This document shows, one piece after another, positions 14,230 to 25,117 of a stretch of DNA of 64,000 nt. Made by a program: the position numbers and the translations under genes. This DNA comes from Chlorokybus atmophyticus. Taxonomy: Eukaryota; Plantae; Mesostigma and Chlorokybus algae. The stretch is from NCBI GenBank assembly GCA_009103225.1, contig RHPI01000733.1, positions 109,148 to 173,147 of the forward strand, in the 5' to 3' direction. Under the pieces are notes generated by a model that did not search any database, had not been told where the DNA came from, and saw only the letters and a program-made list of their open reading frames with translations. Each line of letters begins with the position of its first letter. Position 1 is the stretch's first letter.

Positions 14230-14660
14230 AGTTGACTGGTTGGATTACAAACTTCCCCCCCTGTAGATATCTATGATACCAACATTTGTGTTGATAAAGT
14301 CATGATTTGCGTCTATAACCACATCCAAGGGATAGGGCATGTATATAATATCCACAAACATGTTGATAATGTAGTTTTTATTATGGGCGTGTGACCGAAT
14401 ACAGCTCGATGTTGGACCCCATGACCCATGTAAAAATTGACATGATAGATATACATCCGGGTTGCTAGGATTACATTGATTTTATCAATAAGATCATGAG
14501 TATTTTATCGATGCCTCTCACACCACGAGACAGGCAGCCCGCATTCACATCTACCTTATAGACTTACGAATAGGCTGCCGATATTAACATTGTCCACAAC
14601 TCTATGGAACTAACATCTTACGACCTCATCACCATCAGAGCAGTCAATTCTTGTGATATA
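14230..14660. repeat. AT-rich dispersed repeat, related to 28790-29310 and 41480-42500
   Basis: Abrupt drop in GC. Short words shared with the other two segments: tgattttatcaa, ttgataatgt, taccaacattt, agatatcta. Confidence 0.4.
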
Positions 14661-17600
14661 CGTTGCAGCTAAACATGTGGCTGTCAATAACATCAACTCA
14701 CATGCTGTTGTGCTTGCTATATATGGAGACTCTAGCCACCCTACTTTGTTTCCTCGCACTTGTGCCATGTTCACTACTGTTTGCCTCTTCCCCTAGAAAT
14801 ACCAAACACGTTGATGCCTTACAAGCACACACTGCTGATGATTTCGCTGCGCGGCGTGCAGTGCAGAGTGCTGCGCTTAGGCATGCCCAGGGCAAGCAAG
14901 GTAGTTAACATACTGTTGTGTTCATTGTAAAGAGCTGGTTGGTTCATTGCATAGGCAAGGTTACACTCTGTACAGCCTGTTCTCAAGCACGTAGCACAAC
15001 GTTTGAGCAGCGCGCTTGTGCTTGCACTGGCCGGATGCGATGCCCCCCGCAGACAGCAAGTTATAATCAGCTCCTTGCAGTGTGCAACCAGTGACAAGTG
15101 CCGCACTCGCATGCGCGGCTTCCTGCTGGCATTCACCAACCACCGGCTTCCTCAACGCAGGATGGAAGGAAGCGTTCGGCACCTGTCATACTTTACTACT
15201 TACAACAGCAAATGTGTTAGCTTGGTAGGGTGCCGTGCACTGCAGATGGCGTGTCAAGTATGCAAGCATGCAGGTTAAATCGATTGCAGTCAGTCCACAT
15301 GGACACATCTTTTGCTGCTCTAATATTGTTCGGTAATCGTGGTAACATGCATGCGCAAACCTCTCTTTGGACTTGTCATAGCCATAGCGGTTGATGAATT
15401 CGCACGAGTGTTGGACCCAATTCAGCAACCTGCACAATGAAGTTCCAGCAATCATGGCCTGGCGTTAACAGTGTATACGTCTAGCCAAACCTCTATTACT
15501 ACTTGCCACTGCAGAGCCGACAGCCGCTTGCTAAAGGACTTACCTGCCGAAACCTCCATCGCACAGCGCCGGTGTGCAACCAAGGGAACCCCACAGAACA
15601 TCAGCCACCACCAGCAAAGCTCCGACAGCTTTAAGCTGAATCGCACGCACAACTGAACACTACCGACCAGGCACCACAGCCCCTAAGCCTACGCCTGAGC
15701 CTGAGCTAATGTCAAGCTGCCATGCATGCATGCATGCATGCAAGTAAGCAAGCCACCTGCTTGTTGCAACCAGTGCAGGCTTGCGCACTGCGGAGCAATG
15801 AAGTCGCGCGCAGTCGGGTATTATATATACACGATCTCCCCGCGCAAACAGCTTGATTGCTGCAAGCCAATTAGGGTTTCGCACGGGTGTTGCAAGCGGG
15901 CGGCGCAACTGCGCAGACAGCGGCAGCGAAAGGAGCTGGACTTTACAAGGCAAGCATTGTCCTTGCATGGTGAGGTGTAGTAGACGTTCCACATCAGCTA
16001 CTAAGAGGCGGAGTTTAGCTCTTGCCCAGCACGTTTGCTTGAAGTGCTTGATATAAGAGAACATGCACTGTCCGTTTGGACAGTGCATGTTCTCTCTGTA
16101 TTCGCGAAGCGTTACACCCAATATAGCAGGGTGGTATTGCATGCTCTGGTTGGAAAGGTGGTTTCAACTTGATGTGATGTGCAAGCAGGCCGTTCTGCAT
16201 GCTGCATTTGCTTAACAAGTGAAAGGTTGCATGTACACGTAAGAACAAGGTAGCTTGTGTGTCGTCGGCAGAGTTGTTAAGCTCTGCCGACAACACACAA
16301 TCATGAGCTACACCTTTTAAGAGTATAGCAAGCAAAACAAACGGGAGATCTCGATCCAGTGGACGTGAGCGAGGAGGAGGAGGAGTTTCAGGGATTATAC
16401 CAACTTGATCCCTTTTATGCCGTCTGCACGAAGTAGCTTACTGGTTGCCACCATTTCTTCAGGAGTAAAGTGAACATAAGCTCAACCGTGCTGCATATCT
16501 ATATTCCTGCACTCACTCCCTACATGGTGCATGCCAATTCTGCTGCACAAATGCACATCACAACCGGCGTGCATGCTGCCACACGCAGCGCAAAGGTGTG
16601 TACATGTTTGATTGGTTGATAATGGGGTATATGCGCACTGATGGCAGGTTGATAAAATCCCCCTGTCGAGACCCAAACGCAGCGTGATTCAGCAACGGCG
16701 GTGAGTTACCGCTCATGATGACGTGCATGTTGTTATTGCTGCTGCGTAGCCTAAGCAGCAGCAGCAGCAGCAGCAACAACAACAACAACAGCAACAACAA
16801 CAACAACAGGAGCACATTACAACGATGATCATCACAGATACTATCTGTGATGATCATCGCGAGTCGCTGTTGTGACACAGCAACAGCGACAGCCACAGCC
16901 ACAGCCACATGTCATCAGCGCTGACGGCGGACGTAGTGGCACACTACTACCCGCGTGATGTGGAGCTGCACAACTACTCGCCAACGCTATCGCCCAGAAG
17001 CGAGGCAAGTGGAACGTGCTCAACCATACGCAATCAAAAAATGAGTTGTCATGATCACGCATCAATAAATGTTCTGTCTTTCTGGTGCAGTGACAGACAC
17101 TAATACATGTGCACGCACCCACGCAGAGACACATGCGCACGGGCACTGGCGCGAGCACGCACGCGCGCACGCGCACATACTGACATAATCCCATTTCGCA
17201 GTGCAGCCATTTAAGCGGAAAGGTTTCGTAGTCTCGCGCGAGAACTGCGCGGCGGCTGCGTGCCGGGTGTGATCGAGTAGGTTGTTAAGTTCGCCAAGAG
17301 TAGGGTGCGTGTGAGGGGACAAGCAAGCATCATGTGGTTCATTCATTGGGTTGGGTCGCATTGGATAGGTTGTGCGGTTCTGTGTGCGCATGTGTTTCTA
17401 CACAATTCTGTTGCGTGTCCCACAGTGTTCAGTGTACTTGCCTCAAGACACGTACTCGCTTAGACACACGCGTGCAAGTGCGTGCACGCTTTCGCATGTC
17501 TCGACATGTGAGTGCTCTACATGTTGTGTCACGGACACACAATTGTTGGTGCATCGACAGTTGCTGGAAATTAGTTTACTCCTTGCTTAGCAGCCCCATT

Positions 17601-18644
17601 CGTTCGCCATGTCAGTTACGAGTTGGTTGGATCACACACTCCCGCCTTATGTCTGCACCCACGCACTCATACGCTCGCTCGCGCACTCACTCGCTTCAAG
17701 ACCCAATAGGAAGGAGTGGGTGAGCATTAGAACCAGCAAATGAGTAAGTGATTGTGCGTAAATGTGGGTGAGTGGCCGCTTAATGGTTAATTGATATAGT
17801 GAACGAGTTAGGAGAGTAAGGGAGTGGGCAAGGCGGTGAGTGGGAGAGTCAGCGCAGCTCACTCGGGGCTGCACAACGTCACTACTGGTACGCCCTCTCG
17901 CTTGGTCACTCACCGCTAGTGACTTGTAAGGACCAAGTGCATGAGCCACTCATACAAATCTGCACGCAGATTGCAAGCGCGGCACTGCCGCAAACCAATC
18001 TCCGACTCTCCACCTTCAGGTCAGGTGGGTCGTCACTGTAAGTTTCTTTGGTTGTCTATAACACAATGTAAGTACTTGTGCCTGCCAGGCACGTACGGTA
18101 CGTGTACGTGTGCAATTGGGCTTCAAGTGGGGAGCGCGCAGACGTGTGCACTCACGTGCTCCTCACATTAACAACAACCACCACAACAGCAGCAGCAAGG
18201 GTAGGAGGGTGAGGAAGGCGTTGGGTTTAAGCGTCAGCAACAGTGTAACAAATGCTGCTTCGTTATACTAACATGGGACTATGCGGACGCGCCCGTGGGA
18301 GTGATGTTGGCGCCCATGGTAACTGCGCAGTCAGCGAGTTCACCATGGTCAGGACATCTGAGGAGCTGTCATGCATATCGCCCAAGCATGCCAGTCGTCA
18401 TCGGGCATGCCTACAGCGAGACCCTCGCCCGGCTTACCAGCATGGCAACCCGCGCGCATCTCTGACCAGTAGCTAGGTCATGTCTCTAGAGTAGCTCATG
18501 ACCATAGCCTACATAGGCACCGCGCGTAGCTGTTCAGTTGTGAGTTCAGTTATAGGTCGGGTTCTATATCGAGTGGGGATTTCCTGTGGAAATAGCTTCA
18601 ATATGACCGTTAGCTTAACTTCTGGACAGTCATGAGTTGACTTG

Positions 18645-18983
18645 TATAAGTAAGCACAGTGTTCACCGGATCAGCTGGTGACACTGTAAGTGAAAAAGCT
18701 AAGAGCTTGTGAAGCGACTTAAACTACGAAACACACCGTCTCGGTTCCCAAGAATCCCCTCACCGTGTGAGAGCTTGTGCATGTTCTTGTGCACTATGCT
18801 TGTCCTTGCTGTGAGCTTTGTGTACTTGGTCGCGGTGTGCTTGTTGGCATCAGTCAGGGCATAGCATCCACGTGTTGCTTGCTCATTCACCTCACTTAAC
18901 AGTGTAATTTCTCTTCCACTCACGCAAAGAACTGTGTAAACAGCACTACCTATAGTAGTGGCTTGTTGACTTACAGTGTCACC
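18645..18983 (+). promoter_or_regulatory. Putative retroelement promoter/leader: TATA-like box, then a 15-bp perfect inverted repeat (18677-18691 / 18969-18983)
   Basis: TATAAG at 18645. GGTGACACTGTAAGT begins 32 nt later, and its exact reverse complement ACTTACAGTGTCACC lies about 195 nt upstream of the gag ATG. The second element has the same layout. Confidence 0.55.
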
Positions 18984-19177
18984 CTCTTTGCTCAAGTGAG
19001 TGTAGTTGCAGGCTGTACATCAGCATCGCAATCTGTAGTTGTACACATCACAGTGCAGTGTTGTCACCGTCATCGCATAGCGCGCACAATCGCTAGTGTG
19101 TTGCGTGATAGCAGCACTGTAGATCCCATTGTAGAGCACAAACACTCTTCATCCATTTTCACCATCGCATCAGCTTT

Positions 19178-20646
19178 ATGAGCAGGCCCACCCCTTTCTC
19201 GCCAATAGAGGAAGGGGACCTCAACAGCTGGAGCCCAACCTCCAACCTTACCTACGAGCGCGCAAGTGAAGGGAGCGATTACCGTAGCAGCAGAGGCTCA
19301 CGCCCCGTCTCCGGCTTCACCTCCTCTCACTCCACTCCTCAACAACGAGCATCTCCACCGTTGGACAGTGACGACGAAGAGATGGAGCCTTCCAGTTCAA
19401 CCAACTCCCTACGCTTCTCCGGACGCCCTGGCACCACCTCACTTGACGAGTTCATCATTAAGTTCCACTCCAAGATGCGGCAGCAAGCCCTCAAGAGCAA
19501 GGACTGGACAGATGAGGTATCGTTTCATGTGTCCGCTCAATACCTTGATCACGAAGCACATGATGTGTGGAAGTCCGTCGCTGAGTTGCACAAGATTGAT
19601 GGCTATGGCGAGTTGGCCAGCACAATAGCCGCCACGTCACTGCATAACCCATCGGTTACTGTTCCTGTAGCAGCGGCCCCGTCCGCCTCAGTCACGGGTC
19701 TCACTCTAGCTGCAGCCATGGAGAAGGCAGAGAAAGAAGAAGTTGAGGTGGTAGTGGCCTCATTGACTCATGCAGAGATCGAAAGCAAAAAGGCCGAGCG
19801 CCGGATCAGGATACTCAACCGCACCGCTGCCATCATCAGGGAGCAACAAGAGGAGCAGCAAGCTGCAGCGTTGGAGATGGGTACGCCCCTGCTACCAACA
19901 CCGAACTCGCGTGCTCCAGCGGGAGGCAGTGTTTTCACCCTCGGTTCAGTGGCATTGCGTGCACCCGCGCTTACGGTGGGCGCGGCCATGTCGGACTCCC
20001 CGTTGAAGGACCTCTACGCCGCACTCCGGCGCACCTTCCCACCTCAAACCAACAGCAAGGTGGAGGAGTTGAGGCGTTTTCGACGGAAGCCCCACGAGGA
20101 CCCTCTCCGACTGTATTCACGGTGGAAGGGTTGCTTAAAGACACTGACTACAAGATTGTCAGTGAGGAGGCGGCAGCAGTGGTGTATGTGGCCGAGTTGG
20201 ATCCCACCCTGAGTGAGTCAACGCGCCTGACGCTGAACTACAGCAGGCCCCTCGGCTACACCCTCAAGAAAGCTTTCAAGACTACACAAGCCATCCATAA
20301 GCGCGCAGTGTATGAGAAAGCGGTGCTGGACACCAACCGCAGTGCCTCGCGGCCTATGGCAGGCACAAGTGCAGAGCCTCTTCGGCGGGACCGCAGCCGA
20401 GAGCCGCAAGGCATCCACAACAAGGATAAACGGTCCGCTCATGCTGCCCTTGTGGCTCCAGTGCTGTGCCACCGGTGTGGTTGACATGGCCACTACCAAA
20501 AGGAGTGCACCGAAGATTACGGCAACCTTGTGTGCGACTACTGCCACAAGATGGGACACTTGGAGACAGTATGCTGGCTCAAGTTCCCTGAGCTGCGGCC
20601 CTCTATTGGCTACAACAACGGCAACAACGCTGTTGGCTACCGCGGT

Positions 20647-20684
<38 letters not shown>

Positions 20685-23170
20685 CGGGGGCTACAACAAC
20701 AGCAACCACGCTGGCGGCTACAACAACAGCAACAACGCTGGTGGTCGCAACAACGGCAACAATGCTGGTGCCCGCAAGGGAAAAGCTGGCTACAGAGGAA
20801 AACCGCCCTCCACAGCACAAAGGACCTGAGGGACGTCCTCGCGCTGGAGCTGCTGCTGTAAAGGCACCAACCAATGCACCGGCTATTGACCAAGTGGCAG
20901 CCCTGATGGCGCGCGTCGCACAGCTGGAGGAGAACAAGGAGCAGGACTATCAAGCCTGCTATGCTGCTAAGTGGGCACTAATGGCACCAAAACCGGATAG
21001 GGACACTCCCACGCCGTCACGCGTACAACCATCAAGACGTGCGCGCAGGGAAGCTGGCGCGTCGTCAACAGCGGCATCGTCGGACGCCACAAGTGGTGCT
21101 GCCTCGGCAGCCACAACCACTGCTGGGACGACGCCATCGACGACACCGTCGGCGTCCACACCGACCACGACAGCAGGTGTCAGCACTCTTGGCACCACGC
21201 TGTCCCCGGTGATGGAGAGCACCCACGCCGCAACAACTATGGTCGTTGGGTTCGTAAGTGGTGAATCCACCACTCCTGCCTCCATCGAAGCGACCACATC
21301 GGCCGCAACTGCTGCCACCCTCACAGCCGCCACCTCAGTAACGACGACTGCTGCAGGCGCCACCACCATCGCTTCCAATAATGCTGCCACACCCACTGCA
21401 CCACTTCCTGAGGTTCGAACAGCACCGCCACCAGCGCTGGACGTCACACAGCAAGTGCCACGCGGGCCACAAGCAGAACGCGCCTGGGCGTCGGTTCTAC
21501 GCAACGTGGAGCCCACCACCATTGCATACGGACCAGGGGGGCAACGCACCACGCGCGTGGCACGCAATGATCGCATCTTGCCCCTACCACCTCTAGAGTA
21601 CCACACGCTGCCGGAACCCACACAACAGCAGCTGGAGGATGAAATCCTCGCCGGCACTGCACCAGAGATGAGGGATCCTCTCTTCGGGGTCACCTACCGG
21701 CGACCTGCAGTATTGGAGCTGGCCATCCAGTTGTTCCTGGCATTACACGCACGATTGCAGAGCGCACCCAGCCAAACGCGGCAACCCATGCCCGCTCAAC
21801 AGATCGACTTCGAGCCCTCGCCACTAGACCCACTCGGACTCCAGCGCCACAAAATACAAGTCCTCGTGGTCACCATGTCAGACATCGCACTGGGCGCTGA
21901 TCCCGCTCTCCGGGGGCTCACTCCAGTCAGTCGTCAAGAGCGTTTCTCTGCCCTCGAACAGGCCCATCGTTATCGGGTGGACCAAGCTGCCCAAGTGGAC
22001 GCGCGCCGACAGGCGTACGAAGCAGCACACGCCGTTATCGTACCAACCGTAGCGCCGGCAAATGTTGCCAGCGCCTTTACGACGCTGACCACAGAGTACT
22101 CCACGGCAGTCGCCATCGAACAGCCAGGACAAGCAACTGTTGCGGACCAAGCGAGGGCGTTGGCGCAACAATTGAGGGGGTAATCGCCCCGCTGCTGCCT
22201 CCTTTGGTCGCAGACATGCCCGAGGATCAACGCGATGCAGGGCGAGGGTACCTTACCCCGCAAGGGGACACCACACAACGAGGCGGAGCTGGTATGGTGG
22301 GGGAGCAACAACTCCGTACCGCACTCATCCGGCAAGCAGTCATGTTGCACAGGCCTGAGGGCAATACGTTAAGACAGATGATGGGGATGCAAGAGGGCAG
22401 CGCCGCACGAGCTCGTCTCGTGACATGGCTCGTTGCCAATCACCCTGCTGTCCCCCTGTTTGCCTTTAGCAACCGAGCATCATGGTTGGGGGCATTCGTG
22501 TATTCGCTGCGACAAGCACACGATTAGGCTGCCACCACAGCCCCGGACACGCTGGAGGGAGTGCAAGAGGCAATGCTGCGGCTGCCAGGGGTGGAAGCCG
22601 CACGGCAACGGCTGCGCATCGCCATTGCTCATGAGCTACACGCACAGCGGGCTGACCTCCAGCGCACCCTACGCGCGTGCGCCATGACCGTGCTTAATGT
22701 GGGAGTGGTACAAGGAAGGTGGGATGCCTACATGGCAGGGATCTTGCGAGTCCCCACCATCACTCACAACATGCGGCGACAGCTACTACGCGCCGTATAC
22801 CTGCAGCCCATGCCTCAATATCATCATTGGACCGACACGGACACGGAGCCCACGGCCACGTGGGAAGGGACGTTGGTCAGAGAGGCGGCTCATGCTGTCC
22901 ACTGGACGTACGCCGCGGAGCAAGCCGAACGCGAGGCAGGCCCACAAACACCAGGTCCGCCGGGGTTTCCTCCACAGCCATTGGGTACACCCGCGGGCAT
23001 GATTCCATCTTCGCAGAGGCGGCATCCACCTGCGCCGCCACAACCAGCGCCGGAACCTCCAGCACCGAGGCCCCCCCGGGTCTACCAACCACCACGACAA
23101 GGTCGGTTCGGCAGAGGGAGGGCAAGGAGGGGGTTCTTCGGACCCAGCAGGCAGAGGAGCTCTGGCTGCC
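19178..23170 (+). pseudogene. Gag-like ORF with double zinc knuckle, poly-Asn/Thr low-complexity tracts and a large unknown region; frameshifts and stops
   Basis: RFSGRPGTTSLDEF...YLDHEAHDVW and PLKDLYAALRRTFP..KVEELRRFRRKPHEDP align with the intact Gag at 43147-45816. Knuckles: CHRCG*HGHYQKEC and CDYCHKMGHLETVC. Frame changes near 20120, 20825, 22180 and 23150; stops at 20482 and 22525. Confidence 0.85.
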
Positions 23171-23878
23171 ATGCGCTCAGCATCTCCAGCTGAGACAACT
23201 GAGGCAAAGGCGCAGATAGCTCGTATGAAGAGGCTGCGTATCGACGCCAATGCTGCCATGGTGGCCAACCAAGGCAAGCACGTTACCATCAACGGCCTGG
23301 CACCCAAGCGAGTAATGTTGGACACCGGAGCACAGCCTGTCATCATCGGGCGCTTCCTCGCGCGGTCCCTCGGCATAACCAGCTCCGACTTAAGGTGCCT
23401 TAGCCGAGATAAGGTGATGGGAGTCACCAGGGAGGCCTTTTGCATTCGGTTGACAGGGCTGGACCTGACCCACACAACCGAGATCGTCCAGCAATGTGTG
23501 GTCACCAATGCCGGCTCCTTCGACTTTCTGCTTTGGCAGGACTTCAACTTTCCTGTGGGCATGGGCCTCAACTGCTGGACAGAGCGAGCGTGGTTTCGGC
23601 CACATTGGGATGAGGATGACGGGGAGGTGCAGGGTTTTCTGCCTCTCGAGTTGGTCTCGCGCACGCGCGCCAAATGCAGAGTGGCTGCCGTGGCCATGCG
23701 CAGCCACGCCCGCACACGGGAGGCTGCAACGGCCACATACGCCGGCGCTCGGACGCAAGTCGCTGCTGGTGCCACGGCCCCGTGTCGAATCGTCGACTCC
23801 TCTCCCACCCCGTACAACGAGGAGCAGGAGGATGCCACCGTGGAATTAGCATTACAAGACCCAGCTGAACGGCGCTAG
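23171..23878 (+). CDS. Retropepsin-like aspartic protease domain of the retroelement
   Basis: VTINGLAPKRVMLDTGAQPVIIG...GSFDFLLWQDF; homologous to the protease of the 43-46 kb element. Confidence 0.85.
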   Translation: MRSASPAETTEAKAQIARMKRLRIDANAAMVANQGKHVTINGLAPKRVMLDTGAQPVIIGRFLARSLGITSSDLRCLSRDKVMGVTREAFCIRLTGLDLTHTTEIVQQCVVTNAGSFDFLLWQDFNFPVGMGLNCWTERAWFRPHWDEDDGEVQGFLPLELVSRTRAKCRVAAVAMRSHARTREAATATYAGARTQVAAGATAPCRIVDSSPTPYNEEQEDATVELALQDPAERR

Positions 23879-23887
23879 CGCGCACAG

Positions 23888-25111
23888 GTGGATGCGCACG
23901 TCTTGCTCAGCCATCCACTGATCATCACGCGCTTCCCCAACTACCGAAGCCACATCAAGGTGCACGACCACCATATGGTGGCCACCGGAGTGGTGGAGTT
24001 CCACACCTTTCGCAGACAACAGGGCATTGCAGTGTTGGAGCTGTTTGGAGGCATTGGCAGCGGTCTTGGTGCGGTCCTCAACACGGGCGTGAAGGTCGTC
24101 ATATACTATTACTGCGACTCAGACCCACACGCGCAAACGGTTTTCAAGCACCACTTACGCTAACTGCACGCAAGGTATCCACGTCAACTACCCCTCTCGG
24201 CGCTGCAAGGCAGCCTCAAAGCATTGCCACAGGACATCCGGCTGATCACTGAAGATCACCTACTGTCCCTCGGCAACGTCGACCTGTTAATAGCTGGATG
24301 GGAATGCCAAGGGCACTCCAGGGCAGGCAAGGGGCAAGGCCTCGAAAAACCTCGCTCCGGGCTGTTCTGGGAGCTGATGAGAATCATCCACCTCCTTCAA
24401 CACCACCAGATCTCCAGACCCCTGGGGTACGTCATCGAAAATGTGCATTCAGAGGACGACAAGCGTCCGCATGTGGCCTCCAGCTACCGACAAGTTTGCT
24501 CCATTCTGGGGCACCCACTCAAGGTGAACGCGGCACGACATGGCTCGCGCGCACATCGTGTACGTGACAAATGGACAAACTTGGCCACCGTGGAGGAACT
24601 CATGACCGCCAAATACACACGCAGCGCTCGGCCGCGCAACCTGCTGGTCAATGACATCCTTGACCCCGGCTGCACAGCACAACCTGTCCTACGTCATGAC
24701 CACAACCACTTCTACCCGTGCAATCAGCCCGGTCAGCCCCGTTGCGCACTCCCCACATTGGTGTCCTACCCGGGCTCCTACGCATTTTGGAACGGTGGTG
24801 ACGGGATGGTTTTCGATGCGACCACCAACAGGCTGGAAGAACCCAACGCACACGAACGTAAACGCGCCATGGGATTCTTCCCCAACAGCATCACGGGCTT
24901 AGCGCTGACAGATAGTCAGCAATGCCAGCTGCTTGGTCGCGTCATGGACCAGAACAGCATGGTATGGCTGCTGGAGCTGAGCTTCGCATTGCTGGACCGC
25001 CACGTGTCCTTCGAGGATCTTGAACACTTGGCTGGGGGGGGGTGGGCTGATCGCGTAGCCGACACCAAGGCAGCTCACACAGCCCTCGAGGTGGTCCACA
25101 TGGAGGAGTAA
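23888..25111 (+). pseudogene. DNMT3-like C5 cytosine methyltransferase domain within pol, one internal TAA at 24161-24163
   Basis: Ordered motifs: I (LELFGGIG), II (YYCDSD), III (QDI), IV (LLIAGWECQGHS..G..SGLFWE), VI (VIENV), VIII (SRAHRVRDKWTNL, cf. DNMT3 SAAHRARYFWGNL), IX (EEPNAHERKRAMGF), X (LLGRVM). Same reading frame as the protease and RT. Confidence 0.92.
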
Positions 25112-25117
25112 GCAGCA

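Noticed and set aside
18238-18246. CAACAGTG shared with 28639-28646 as a target-site duplication
   Set aside because: The word recurs nearby (28685), and the element boundaries are not independently defined; chance cannot be excluded.
20603-21693. Long antisense ORFs over gag (poly-V/poly-C)
   Set aside because: Shadows of (AAC)n and GC-rich sense coding sequence.
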